In this document: piece after piece, positions 1 to 9,435 of the stretch | Position numbering within the stretch: position 1 is the first letter of the stretch | Layout of the letters: each line of letters opens with the position of its first letter | Assembly: GCA_046350615.1 (NCBI GenBank) | Contig: JAXMAA010000002.1 | Location: 85,204-149,203 of the forward strand | Direction of reading: 5' to 3' | Length of the DNA stretch: 64,000 nucleotides | DNA from: Candidatus Saccharimonadales bacterium | Lineage (GTDB): Bacteria > Patescibacteriota > Saccharimonadia > Saccharimonadales > UBA7683 | Notes under the pieces: generated by a model | Told to the model about the DNA's origin: nothing | Databases searched by the model: none | What the model saw: the letters and a program-made list of their open reading frames with translations, nothing else | Made by a program: the position numbers and the translations under genes

Positions 1-118
1 GGGCGCGCAACGTTCGTATATTAGAAATACCAACTACTGCAATTGCTGTGATCACAATAATAAACACCAGCAGCTCGATAATAGTAAAACCCTGAGAATC
101 TAAAGTATGCTTTTTCAT
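1..118 (-). CDS. prepilin-type N-terminal domain protein, 5' part only (gene continues past left edge)
   Basis: The reverse complement from the ATG at 118 reads MKKHTLDSQGFTIIELLVFIIVITAIAVVGISN. This contains the class III signal motif G|FTxxE followed by a hydrophobic helix. The ORF track misses it because no stop codon lies within the window. Confidence 0.6.
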   Translation of the reverse strand, partial: MKKHTLDSQGFTIIELLVFIIVITAIAVVGISNIRTLRA

Positions 119-212
119 ATCTAGAACCATTGTAGCAAATTAGAGTGCTATTTTTTAGCGCAACTCCTATATAATGGAAGGCAGCTGGGTGGATAAACGA
201 AAGTGAGGGGAT

Positions 213-1253
213 ATGCCAAAGGCTGATAAGGGTACGAAAGTAAAAGACGCAGGGAGTAGCGACGCATCTGGGAGAGATAAAGCTCTCGGGCTTGCTATGG
301 AGCAGATCACCAAACAATTTGGCGATGGTGCCATTATGAAGCTCGGGGAATCACATAAAAGCGATGTTGATCTGTTTGGTTCAGGAGCGCTTTCAATTGA
401 TCTTGCACTCGGCGGTGGCTTTCCAAAGGGTCGCATCATCGAAATTTATGGGCCGGAAAGCTCTGGTAAGACCACGTTGACACTTCATGCTATAGCTGAA
501 ATTCAAAAACAAGGCGGCACAGCAGCATTTATTGATGCCGAACACGCATTGGACCCGCAATATGCCAAACGGCTCGGTGTTGATACTGAAAACCTCTTTA
601 TCTCACAGCCAGATAACGGCGAACAAGCCCTCGAAATCTGTGAAACTTTGGTCCGATCTAACGCCGTAGATATTGTGGTAGTCGACTCCGTTGCTGCGCT
701 GGTTCCACAGGCCGAAATTGAAGGGGATATGGGTGATAGCCACATGGGCTTGCAGGCTCGACTGATGAGCCAGGCACTCCGTAAGCTCACCGGTATTATT
801 AATAAAAGCAAGTGTACCGTGATCTTTATCAACCAGATTCGCATGAAGATTGGTGTCATGTTTGGTAATCCGGAAACTACAACCGGTGGTAACGCGCTAA
901 AGTTCTACGCTTCGGTTCGTTTAGATATTCGCCGCATCGGTCAGATTAAAGAAGGTGAGAACATTATCGGTAACCGCACCAAGGTGAAGGTAGTAAAGAA
1001 TAAGATCGCTCCCCCATTCCGTACGGCTGAGTTCGATATTATGTACAACGAAGGTATTTCGGCACCGGGCGACGCAGTAGATCTAGGCGTGCAATACGGC
1101 ATAGTTGGCAAAGCCGGTGCCTGGTTTGATTATAACGACGCTAAAATTGGCCAGGGCCGTGAGGCCGCCAAAAAGTATCTCAAAGAAAACCCAAAGGTGC
1201 TGGAAGAAATCATCAAAAAGGTAAAAGCTGAAGCCGCCAAAACTGAGGAATAA
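213..1253 (+). CDS. recA: recombinase RecA
   Basis: 346 aa. Walker A motif GPESSGKTT is present, along with the conserved stretches [19 protein letters not shown] and [35 protein letters not shown]. Confidence 0.97.
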   Translation: MPKADKGTKVKDAGSSDASGRDKALGLAMEQITKQFGDGAIMKLGESHKSDVDLFGSGALSIDLALGGGFPKGRIIEIYGPESSGKTTLTLHAIAEIQKQGGTAAFIDAEHALDPQYAKRLGVDTENLFISQPDNGEQALEICETLVRSNAVDIVVVDSVAALVPQAEIEGDMGDSHMGLQARLMSQALRKLTGIINKSKCTVIFINQIRMKIGVMFGNPETTTGGNALKFYASVRLDIRRIGQIKEGENIIGNRTKVKVVKNKIAPPFRTAEFDIMYNEGISAPGDAVDLGVQYGIVGKAGAWFDYNDAKIGQGREAAKKYLKENPKVLEEIIKKVKAEAAKTEE

Positions 1254-1255
1254 TC

Positions 1256-1582
1256 ATGAGCGAGCTTGATTATCTTTCAAAAGATGCATCACTTGCTGAA
1301 ATTCAAGCCTATGTAAAAAAAGTTCTTGATCAACGTGGCCTTAATAGCCATACTAGCGCAGAACGAATAATGCTTCTCACTGAGGAGCTAGGTGAGCTGG
1401 CTCGGGGTGTCCGTAAACATACGCTAGTCAAAACAAGCGCTACTACATCGTCAAGTAATGTAGCCGAAGAGGCAGCAGATGTTCTCATCCTGCTTTTAGA
1501 TCTGTGCAACCATCTTGAAGTTAATCTCTACGAAGCGTTTATCCATAAAGAAAAGATTAATCAGACGAGAACATGGAGCTAA
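1256..1582 (+). CDS. MazG-like nucleotide pyrophosphohydrolase
   Basis: 108 aa. The motifs EELGELARGV and EEAADVLILLLDLCNHL are typical of the all-alpha NTP-PPase (MazG) fold. Confidence 0.6.
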   Translation: MSELDYLSKDASLAEIQAYVKKVLDQRGLNSHTSAERIMLLTEELGELARGVRKHTLVKTSATTSSSNVAEEAADVLILLLDLCNHLEVNLYEAFIHKEKINQTRTWS

Positions 1583-1587
1583 GCTAA

Positions 1588-2160
1588 GTGAAGCACGCAG
1601 TTATTTTACATGCTATGGAACAGACTTCACGAGGGCATTGGTATCAGTGGCTGAAATCTGAGTTAGAGGAGCGTGGCTATGCTGTCTGGGTGCCAAACTT
1701 GCCTCATTCTGACCATCCAGACACAGAAGAGATGACAGAGTTTCTACTTGCAAACAAAGATTGGGATTTTAACGATAATTTGTTAATCGGGCATTCATCC
1801 GGTTCGGTTGAAGTATTGTATCTGTTGCAAGCCTTGCCGCCAGCAACTAAAGTTCAAGCAGCGGTTATGGTTAGCTCGTTTGACCGTATCGTTCCAGGTA
1901 TGGAGGCGCAGCACGATAGGATGTTCACGCAAGATTTTGATTTTGCAAAGATAAAAAATAGCTGCAAAGAAAAGCTCGTATTTGTGCATGGCAGCGACGA
2001 TCCATGGTGCCCACTTAAGGGTCCAGAAGTTCTCTCGCAGGAGGTTGACGGTGAGCTGGTAGTTGTGGATGGTGGTGGCCATTTTTCAACCACGCTCGAT
2101 CCGAAATACAACAAATTCCCCAAGCTTGTTAAAATCTTAGAAGAGCGGAGTTTGCTATGA
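1588..2160 (+). CDS. alpha/beta serine hydrolase (YdeN/RBBP9-like)
   Basis: 190 aa with a GTG start. It carries the nucleophile elbow GHSSG, plus VHGSDDPWCP and a C-terminal GGGHF. Confidence 0.6.
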   Translation: MKHAVILHAMEQTSRGHWYQWLKSELEERGYAVWVPNLPHSDHPDTEEMTEFLLANKDWDFNDNLLIGHSSGSVEVLYLLQALPPATKVQAAVMVSSFDRIVPGMEAQHDRMFTQDFDFAKIKNSCKEKLVFVHGSDDPWCPLKGPEVLSQEVDGELVVVDGGGHFSTTLDPKYNKFPKLVKILEERSLL

Positions 2161-2753
2161 CAAAATATGTTCTTAATTCTGGAGGGTTAAGGAATAACAT
2201 TCCAGGGGCCAAAAAATTTGTGGCAGAACTAGTAAAAGGTTTTGGCAATAACCCAAAGGTCCTTTTTTGTTTCTTTGCACAGCTACGAGAGGTTTGGGAG
2301 GAAAAGCACAAAGAATTTCAAATTGGGTTTTCAGAGTGGCTACCACACGGTGTTTCAGTGACGTTTGATTTAGCCTTTCCCGCTACGTTTGAGCAGCAGA
2401 TTACTAAAAGCGATGTGCTGTACATTCACGGTGGTGACGACCATCTTGTACAATATTGGTTGAGACAGTATGACCTTCCGAGAATATGGGTGGGCAAAGT
2501 GGTCGGTACTAATTCTGCGAGCACACAGGTGCTCTCGCAATCGTATTGGACGTGTGACTGGCGACAATGTGGTGATGGCATCGGACTACTTCCGATCAAA
2601 ACCATGGCCCATTTTAATTCTAACTACGGCAATAATGATCCACGTGGACCAATAAACTGGGAGAAGGCAAAATCTGAGTTGGCAGCGTATGGCGATACAA
2701 GCTTGCCAATTTACGCGCTTGAAGAAGGCGAGTTTGAAGTTTTTGAGGCATAG
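2157..2753 (+). CDS. S51 peptidase / class I glutamine amidotransferase-like protein
   Basis: 198 aa. The start overlaps the upstream stop codon. YIHGGD and GTNSAST resemble the GGNT and GxSAG motifs of dipeptidase E relatives. Confidence 0.4.
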   Translation: MTKYVLNSGGLRNNIPGAKKFVAELVKGFGNNPKVLFCFFAQLREVWEEKHKEFQIGFSEWLPHGVSVTFDLAFPATFEQQITKSDVLYIHGGDDHLVQYWLRQYDLPRIWVGKVVGTNSASTQVLSQSYWTCDWRQCGDGIGLLPIKTMAHFNSNYGNNDPRGPINWEKAKSELAAYGDTSLPIYALEEGEFEVFEA

Positions 2754-2756
2754 CTT

Positions 2757-3497
2757 GTGATTTTACGTCCCGTTTCTTCATCTGCTGAAGACCACAATAA
2801 AGGTCAACTTGATGCTCAAAATCTAAAAATTACCAAGATTGCTAAGCAGCAGAAGCGACCGGATCGGTACTCGATCTATATTGATGAAAAGTACAGTTTT
2901 TCATTGAGCGAGTATCAGTTGGCGGGCGCAAAGTTGTTTATTGGGAAGCAGTTTACGCAGGGAGAGTTGACGAGCTTTATTGATGAATCTGCATTTGGTA
3001 AGGCGTACGAACGAGCGCTAAACTACGTAATGATTCGACCACGAAGCAAGCAAGAGATTCAAGATTATCTTAAGCGGACGTTTCTGTATCCAAAACCCAA
3101 AAACTATGTAGATAAAGCGGGCGTTCGGCAGCTTGTGAAGCGTGAGGTCGATAAAGAAAAGGTTGAAAGTATGATTGAGCGGGTGATGGCACGGCTTGAT
3201 GAAAAAGGCTATATAAATGATATGGCGTTTGCTCGGGCTTGGGTTAACTCACGCCAGCTCACAAAAAAATCGAGCAAACGTAAGTTAGAACAAGAATTAC
3301 GAGCCAAATTTATTGACCAAGAAATTATTGCGACAGTATTGCAAAATCAAAACGACACCGAAGTAGGGAATCTTAAAGAGGTAATCATCAAAAAAAGAAG
3401 ATTGTCAAAATATCAAGATGATGTAAAATTAACTCAATACCTACTCCGCCAAGGATTCAACTATGATGATATCAAAGAACAGATTGAATATGTATGA
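2757..3497 (+). CDS. recX: recombination regulator RecX
   Basis: 246 aa with a GTG start. It shows the repeated three-helix pattern: RALNYVMIRPRSKQEIQDYLKR, YINDMAFARAWVNSR and YLLRQGFNYDDI. Confidence 0.7.
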   Translation: MILRPVSSSAEDHNKGQLDAQNLKITKIAKQQKRPDRYSIYIDEKYSFSLSEYQLAGAKLFIGKQFTQGELTSFIDESAFGKAYERALNYVMIRPRSKQEIQDYLKRTFLYPKPKNYVDKAGVRQLVKREVDKEKVESMIERVMARLDEKGYINDMAFARAWVNSRQLTKKSSKRKLEQELRAKFIDQEIIATVLQNQNDTEVGNLKEVIIKKRRLSKYQDDVKLTQYLLRQGFNYDDIKEQIEYV

Positions 3498-3898
3498 CCA
3501 ATGAAGTCATAGGGTATCCGAGTGGAACCCAATCTCCGGGTGGGCCCAATCAAGGGTTCGATGATGCCAAGGAAGTGTTTTTGCAACACCTGTCTTTAAT
3601 GGCACTCGATAGTTTTAAGGAGCAAATTACAATATCTCGTTGGAGGTTGTTTGCGCGAAGAAGGATAGCAGCAAGTATGGGCGCAATATATCAGGCACAG
3701 GCGATGATTCAGAATGCATCGGCGAAAGATCTCAACAGCTTAGTCAAAGAACATGACAGGCTAATGGCTAAGATGGGGCTGGTCCCCACGGGGCAACACT
3801 CGATTCGGGCGTCATCTGAGCTTGGATATTCTTCCGGAATGGGTTTAGCACCTGTGCCAGGCCAACCTGCTCCTTTACCGAGCCAGACCGAACGATAA
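3494..3898 (+). CDS. hypothetical protein
   Basis: 134 aa with an ATGA overlap with the recX stop, which suggests translational coupling. I recognise no motif. The 3' 131 nt overlap the convergent PRC-barrel gene. Confidence 0.3.
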   Translation: MTNEVIGYPSGTQSPGGPNQGFDDAKEVFLQHLSLMALDSFKEQITISRWRLFARRRIAASMGAIYQAQAMIQNASAKDLNSLVKEHDRLMAKMGLVPTGQHSIRASSELGYSSGMGLAPVPGQPAPLPSQTER

Positions 3899-4361
3899 TT
3901 TTGTTATCAGTAATTTCAATTATCTGTGAACGATGAATCAGAAGATTGGCTGAACGCAGATTTTTAACAACTGATTGGCTCACATGTAATTTCTGTACAA
4001 AGAATCCGTCACTCTCCAGAGTGTATTCGGTAATCTTGCCAAGCCGTTTTTTATTTTCATCAAATACTGCTTTGCCTATTAAGCTAAAACTTAAGCTGAT
4101 GACATCTTGTAGGCGAACTAAATCTTCATCAAGAGTTATGATGGTATCGGCATTGTCAACAATAAGACCAAGCGGCCCAATTTCTCGGATATCACTTGTG
4201 TAGAGAACACTTGGCTCTTGAATGCGAGGTCCGATAACATGATATGCAATAATCTGAAGTTTTCGTGGATCAATAATTGGGTCGGCGGTAATTCCAAGCG
4301 AAGTGCCACTCTGTAGGCTCATAACTGAGACATCTTTTAGTTGCGAATCAAGAAGAAGCAT
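3768..4361 (-). CDS. PRC-barrel domain protein (two repeats)
   Basis: 197 aa. It contains two similar halves (VMSLQSGTSLGI...DPRKLQIIAYHV and GKAVFDENKKRLGKITEY...FFVQKLHV), typical of PRC-barrel modules. Confidence 0.5.
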   Translation of the reverse strand: MLLLDSQLKDVSVMSLQSGTSLGITADPIIDPRKLQIIAYHVIGPRIQEPSVLYTSDIREIGPLGLIVDNADTIITLDEDLVRLQDVISLSFSLIGKAVFDENKKRLGKITEYTLESDGFFVQKLHVSQSVVKNLRSANLLIHRSQIIEITDNKIIVRSGSVKEQVGLAQVLNPFRKNIQAQMTPESSVAPWGPAPS

Positions 4362-4483
4362 AAATATAGTTTACTGTATATAACTCAGAGTTGACAGTGA
4401 TGTGCGTTCGCATACTTTCTGCTTTGGTTATAGCCCGCTATTCTCACTGATATTGCTTGATTTTGCTATACTGAAACATAAGC

Positions 4484-6265
4484 ATGAAAATATCTGATAA
4501 AACCGTCAGGAAGCTATTGGAAGGTCGCAAAAAGCTTGCAGAAGTTGAGCTTGCAAAACTGGAGCAAGCCGCAGCCAAACAAAAGAAGCCGCTTCAAGAG
4601 GTTGTCTTGAAGAAGGGCGTTGTAAGCGACGAAGAGCTAGCGCAGTGGTATGCTGAAGAATCAGGCATTCCCTTTGTGCAGCTTGACCCAAAAAAGATTG
4701 ATCTCACTCTGCTTAATCTAATTCCAGAACGAATCGCTCGGAGATATAACGCAGTTGTTTTTGGGGAGGAGGGTGACATTAAACAGCTCGCCATGGAGGA
4801 CCCCGATGACCTACAGGCAGTTGATTCATTACAGAAGCAGTTAGGTTCTCAGCCTGCGCTCTATCTTGCGACACACCAAAATATCGTTACCGCACTTGAT
4901 CTCTATCGTGGTGAAATGAGCAGCGAACTGACAAAAGTAATTGCCGAAGATACCGAAGCCGAAAGCGAGGTAATTGATGTGAGCGAGGCGGATTTGGCCG
5001 AAGATTCACCAATTGCACAAACGGTTACATTGCTCATAGAGTTTGCTATTAAATCTGGCGCCTCGGATATTCATATTGAACCGCGTGAAGATTTTGTTCA
5101 GGTTCGGTATCGGGTTGACGGTGTTCTCCGTGAGGCAGATAGATTGCCCAAAAAGGTGCAAGCAGCTTTAGTTAGTCGTGTGAAAATTCTGGCCAACTTG
5201 AAGATAGATGAGCGCCGCATACCACAAGATGGACGTTTTAAGATAGTCAAGGCTGGCAAGATGTACGCACTGCGTGTTTCAACATTACCAATTGCTGATG
5301 GCGAAAAGGTGGTACTTCGTATTCTGGATGAATCGAACAAAGCTCAGAGCATGCAAGAGTTGGGATTCTGGGGTAGTGCGCTAAAAACCATCAATGCAGC
5401 GATTATTGAGCCGCATGGGATGATATTGGTAACTGGCCCAACAGGTTCAGGAAAATCGACCACGCTATTTAGTGTGCTCTCGCTTCTTAATGATCACACG
5501 GTGAATATCTCGACAGTCGAGGATCCCATTGAGTACAAAATTACCGGTGCTAACCAAACTCAGGTGAATCCGGTGGCGGGGATGACGTTTGCCTCCGGCC
5601 TCCGTGCACTACTCCGCCAAGACCCAAATATAATCATGGTGGGTGAAATTCGTGATGGTGAAACGGCTGATATGGGTGTGCAAGCAGCTTTAACGGGTCA
5701 CCTGGTTTTTTCAACTCTGCACACAAACAACGCTGCAACATGTCTGCCTCGTTTGCTGGATATGGGTATTGAACCTTTTTTGATTGCCTCAACAGTTCGT
5801 GCTGTTCTTGGTCAGCGACTGGTCCGCCGAGTATGCCAGGAGTGTCGTATATCTTATAAGCTTGCAGATAATGAGCTTGATGAAATCAAGAAGATGTTTG
5901 GCATTAAAACGGCAGAAGATTTTAAGAAAATAAATGATTTAGAGAAGTTGGCTTTATCGGAATCTATTGGTGCAGAGAGTGCCGATTCTTCAACCGATAC
6001 GAAGCACATTATACGGTTATGGAAGGCAAATGAAGCGGGTTGCGATGCATGTGGGGGTGTTGGGTATAAGGGTCGCTTTGGTATCTACGAGGTGCTTGAA
6101 AATTCAAACAAAATTCAACATTTAATTATGAATAATGAGACGAGCGAGATTATTCAAGACGCAGCCATTAAATCTGGTATGGTAACGATGCAGGTGGATG
6201 GATTTGTGAAAGCCCTGCGCGGCCTTACAACAATTGAAGAAATTTTACGGGTAACAAGGGAGTAG
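4484..6265 (+). CDS. pilB: type IV pilus assembly ATPase PilB (GspE family)
   Basis: 593 aa. It has an N-terminal T2SSE_N-like region, Walker A GPTGSGKST, the Asp box VEDPIEY, Walker B IIMVGEIRD, the His box LTGHLVFSTLHTN and a tetracysteine CxxC...CxxC. Confidence 0.92.
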   Translation: MKISDKTVRKLLEGRKKLAEVELAKLEQAAAKQKKPLQEVVLKKGVVSDEELAQWYAEESGIPFVQLDPKKIDLTLLNLIPERIARRYNAVVFGEEGDIKQLAMEDPDDLQAVDSLQKQLGSQPALYLATHQNIVTALDLYRGEMSSELTKVIAEDTEAESEVIDVSEADLAEDSPIAQTVTLLIEFAIKSGASDIHIEPREDFVQVRYRVDGVLREADRLPKKVQAALVSRVKILANLKIDERRIPQDGRFKIVKAGKMYALRVSTLPIADGEKVVLRILDESNKAQSMQELGFWGSALKTINAAIIEPHGMILVTGPTGSGKSTTLFSVLSLLNDHTVNISTVEDPIEYKITGANQTQVNPVAGMTFASGLRALLRQDPNIIMVGEIRDGETADMGVQAALTGHLVFSTLHTNNAATCLPRLLDMGIEPFLIASTVRAVLGQRLVRRVCQECRISYKLADNELDEIKKMFGIKTAEDFKKINDLEKLALSESIGAESADSSTDTKHIIRLWKANEAGCDACGGVGYKGRFGIYEVLENSNKIQHLIMNNETSEIIQDAAIKSGMVTMQVDGFVKALRGLTTIEEILRVTRE

Positions 6266-6269
6266 TGTT

Positions 6270-7493
6270 ATGCCACGTTTTCAGTATGTAGCTCTTGGCC
6301 AATCAGGAAAAACAATCAAGTCCATCGTAGAAGCAGAGGATAAACAGTCGGCGCTTGAAAGTTTAAAAAAGCAGGGCCTTAAAGTTTTGAGTGTACAGCC
6401 CGCTGGTAAGGCTGTGGGTATACTGCAATTTTCGATTGGCGGCAAGGTGAAGCCTAAAGATCTGGTTATTTTCACTCGTCAACTGGCGACACTTGTGAAT
6501 GCAGGCGTACCACTTGTTCGGAGCTTGAGTACCTTACAAATTCAAACTGACAGTAAGCTGCTCAAAACGCAACTCGCAGCAGTTATTAAAAAGGTTGAAG
6601 GAGGATCATCGCTTGCCGACGCACTAGCTCAGCATAAAAAGACCTTCTCACAGATCTATGTCAACATGGTTCGAGCTGGTGAGGAGGGGGGTATTTTGGA
6701 TGAAGTGCTCAAGCGTTTGGCCGTTCAGCAAGAAAAAGATGCTGCCATAAAGGGCAAGATAAAAAGTGCTATGGCGTATCCAACGGTGATTTCGTTTATA
6801 ACGTTTGTTGCGTTCTTCTTTTTGATGACCACAATTGTACCTAAAATAGGTGATATTATTTTAAGCCTGGGAGGCGAAGGGGCTACGTTGCCGATATACA
6901 CACGAGCATTGCTGAAGGTTAGTAATGTTATGAAATCACCACCTTTTCTTGTTGCCGCACTTCTTATAACACCAATTTTCATTGTACTGTTTCGACGTTA
7001 TATAAAAACCGCAAAAGGTCGGCTCTTGTGGCACGGGGCGTTGCTGAAGTTGCCAGTAGTGAAGACGCTCATTACTAAGGTTGCAATTGCTCGCTTTGCT
7101 CGAACGTTCTCGTCACTTATGGGAGCGGGTGTTTCAATTGTGGATTCAATTAATACAACGGCTGGGTCTATTGGCAACGCTGTGATAGAAAAAGAGTTAT
7201 TAAATAGCGCGCAGGCTGTGCAAGCTGGTGAGCCGCTCTCGGCTAAGCTCGAAAAGAGCAAGCACTTTCCGCCGCTTGTGGCGCAGATGTTAGCAGTGGG
7301 TGAGGAGACCGGCCAAATAGATCAAATTTTACTCAAAATAGCCGAGTTTTACGAAGAGGAGGTTGACGCTTTTGTTGCGGCGCTTTCTTCAATTATTGAG
7401 CCATTAATGATCGTCGTACTTGGTTCAATTGTTGGCGTAATTGCAGCGAGCGTCTTTGGGCCAATTAGTAGTATCTCGACGAATATTAAGTAG
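6270..7493 (+). CDS. pilC: type IV pilus platform protein PilC (GspF family)
   Basis: 407 aa. It contains two GspF repeats (FTRQLATLVNAGVPL and FARTFSSLMGAGVSIV) and three hydrophobic segments. Confidence 0.9.
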   Translation: MPRFQYVALGQSGKTIKSIVEAEDKQSALESLKKQGLKVLSVQPAGKAVGILQFSIGGKVKPKDLVIFTRQLATLVNAGVPLVRSLSTLQIQTDSKLLKTQLAAVIKKVEGGSSLADALAQHKKTFSQIYVNMVRAGEEGGILDEVLKRLAVQQEKDAAIKGKIKSAMAYPTVISFITFVAFFFLMTTIVPKIGDIILSLGGEGATLPIYTRALLKVSNVMKSPPFLVAALLITPIFIVLFRRYIKTAKGRLLWHGALLKLPVVKTLITKVAIARFARTFSSLMGAGVSIVDSINTTAGSIGNAVIEKELLNSAQAVQAGEPLSAKLEKSKHFPPLVAQMLAVGEETGQIDQILLKIAEFYEEEVDAFVAALSSIIEPLMIVVLGSIVGVIAASVFGPISSISTNIK

Positions 7494-7852
7494 ATGGCAG
7501 ATATTAGATAACAGCAAAGAGAAGGTCTAAACCCTACCAACTATCTGTTATCTCGTTTTTCCCATAGCGAGCAAAGCAATAAATCAAGTATAGCAATAAA
7601 CATAAGCTTTGTCAAGTCTTCCGCGCCCAACTCCCAAAACCTTCCTACGTCATCCCCAAATCGATTGGGGATCCGGTTATTCGCTAGACTCTCAGTCAAG
7701 CTGAAAATGACAAACCCGAGGTTTTGAGACTGAGGCTCTTTCCTCTTGACAGTAGAATAAGCATAAGCAATAATGGCGCACAGGAAGAGTAGTACCTTTT
7801 TGAAGTTACTCTCCACCACAAAATTACTAACACTCTAAGGAGGGTGGGCAAT

Positions 7853-8269
7853 ATGAGAAAAGTAAGTTTAAGCCAAAAAGGTTTTACGATTGTCGAACTT
7901 TTGATCGTAATCGTTATCATCGGTATTTTGGCAACTATCGGATTTGTTGCGTTCTCTGGTGCGCAAAACAAAGCCAATAAGAGCAAGGCTGAGTCAACAC
8001 TGAGCCAAGTAAAATCGAAGCTTGGTGAATACTATGCTACAAATAATACATACCCAGCCGACAAGGCAGCGGTAAAAACATTCCTTGAGAGTGATGAGGG
8101 TGGAAACAATGACTCACTTTCAACCACGATTGGTCCTGCAACAGGTACTGGTTCTGATAAGTATGTATATGCTTGTGATGAAGATGGTTGTGATGCTGGA
8201 TTCTCACTCACTGCTGATGACTCACTCTGGGGAGCAAAACCTGCTGGTGACGTTGTAGTAACTAACTAG
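7853..8269 (+). CDS. pilA: type IV major pilin candidate
   Basis: The ATG at 7853 lies about 10 nt after the AAGGAGG ribosome-binding site. The N-terminus MRKVSLSQKG|FTIVELLIVIVIIGILA is a classic prepilin leader. An intrinsic terminator follows the gene. Confidence 0.8.
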   Translation: MRKVSLSQKGFTIVELLIVIVIIGILATIGFVAFSGAQNKANKSKAESTLSQVKSKLGEYYATNNTYPADKAAVKTFLESDEGGNNDSLSTTIGPATGTGSDKYVYACDEDGCDAGFSLTADDSLWGAKPAGDVVVTN

Positions 8270-8292
8270 TTCTACCTTGGCATCAAAAATTA

Positions 8293-8320
8293 AGAGCCGG
8301 TTTATCCGGCTCTATTTTTT
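8293..8320 (+). terminator. intrinsic terminator after pilA
   Basis: AGAGCCGG-TTTAT-CCGGCTCT forms a hairpin, followed by ATTTTTT. Confidence 0.7.
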
Positions 8321-8356
8321 ACACGCAAGTAGATGGTATTATGAAGCATAAGCATT

Positions 8357-8770
8357 ATGATTGATGGTATTGATAAAAAAATAAGCAGACAGGCCGGGTT
8401 TACACTTGTTGAGCTGCTGATTTCAATTGCCGTTATCGGCATTGTTGGTGTGGGGATAGCGGCACTATTCTATACAGTTCAATACACACAGAGGCGGGCA
8501 CTCTATCACGATACGGCGACACGAGCAGTTCAGCGCGAAATTGAGGTACTGCGAAACAGTAGCTACAATAGCCTACCGAATGGACAAGACATTATATTCA
8601 CCAATGATCTACCGGATATCTTGCCCGGAAACAAGAGCGGTCGAGTTCGGGTCAGTGAACCAACACCAGGAATTAAACGTGTCGATGTGGTAGTTATCTA
8701 TTATGATAATGGTCAGAAACAAGAGGTAAACATGAGCTCGCTCATTGGTGTGATTGGAATTGCACAGTGA
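8357..8770 (+). CDS. prepilin-type minor pilin
   Basis: 137 aa. The N-terminus carries QAG|FTLVELLISIAVIGIVG. Confidence 0.7.
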   Translation: MIDGIDKKISRQAGFTLVELLISIAVIGIVGVGIAALFYTVQYTQRRALYHDTATRAVQREIEVLRNSSYNSLPNGQDIIFTNDLPDILPGNKSGRVRVSEPTPGIKRVDVVVIYYDNGQKQEVNMSSLIGVIGIAQ

Positions 8771-9435
8771 AGAAGTTGAACCAACAAGGTGTGACGCTTG
8801 TGGAAGTAATTATCTCAATAACTATTATCAGTGTTCTTTCGCTTGTACTGATGAATTTCATGGTGAACTGGCTTCAGCAACATCTCATTACGCAAACGCG
8901 ATCTGCGCTACTAACCCAAGCCCAGGACACACTTGACCAGGTAACAAATGATATCAGGCTCGCCTCGGGCGCAGATGCACAGAACCGCATACTTGATGAT
9001 AACGCTCCAAATGCTCCAACAAATCGGCAGAGTTGGCGTTCGGGAAATGCAGTCTTGATACTTGCGACTGCTGCCGAGGACAAAAATAGGAATATAATTT
9101 TTAGTGACCCAGTACAGTATATTAGCGAGAAGAACAATGTTATTTATTTTGTTAACAATGCCACGCTTTATCGTCGAGTACTTGCGGCTTCGGTTGCGGA
9201 TAACCGAGAGAGAACTACGTGCCCTCTGAGTGCAGCAAACAATATATGCTCATCTGATCGGAAGATGGCAGAATACGTCACTGAATTTAGGGTACGTTAC
9301 TTTAATGCAGAGAATCAAGAGGTCCAGCCTGAAGACGCTCGTTCAGTGCAACTTGAAATTAAGCTTCGTAAAAAAGCCTTTGGTCAAACTATTGAGTCAA
9401 CTGACAGAACAAGGATGGTATTTAGAAATGGTTAA
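8767..9435 (+). CDS. prepilin-type minor pilin / pseudopilin
   Basis: 222 aa with a GTG start overlapping the upstream stop. The N-terminus reads QQG|VTLVEVIISITIISVL. Confidence 0.65.
   Translation: MKKLNQQGVTLVEVIISITIISVLSLVLMNFMVNWLQQHLITQTRSALLTQAQDTLDQVTNDIRLASGADAQNRILDDNAPNAPTNRQSWRSGNAVLILATAAEDKNRNIIFSDPVQYISEKNNVIYFVNNATLYRRVLAASVADNRERTTCPLSAANNICSSDRKMAEYVTEFRVRYFNAENQEVQPEDARSVQLEIKLRKKAFGQTIESTDRTRMVFRNG

Noticed and set aside
503-859. A 118-aa minus-strand ORF inside recA. Many similar antisense or off-frame ORFs occur inside pilB, pilC, the Clp ATPase, pyk, pgk and others.
   Set aside because: These overlap strongly supported genes, carry no motifs and have odd composition. 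I treat them as overprinted noise from the six-frame track.
7541-7819. A 92-aa minus-strand ORF (GTG start) in the 359-bp gap between pilC and the major pilin.
   Set aside because: It has no recognisable motif and an alternative start codon. It lies where a long pilin promoter and 5' UTR would be expected. I cannot exclude a real small protein, but the support is too weak to annotate it.
9230-9427. The upstream extension of the 545-aa track ORF.
   Set aside because: The extension overlaps the preceding minor-pilin gene in another frame. The ATG at 9428 gives a classic ATGGTTAA stop-start overlap and a proper N-terminal anchor.
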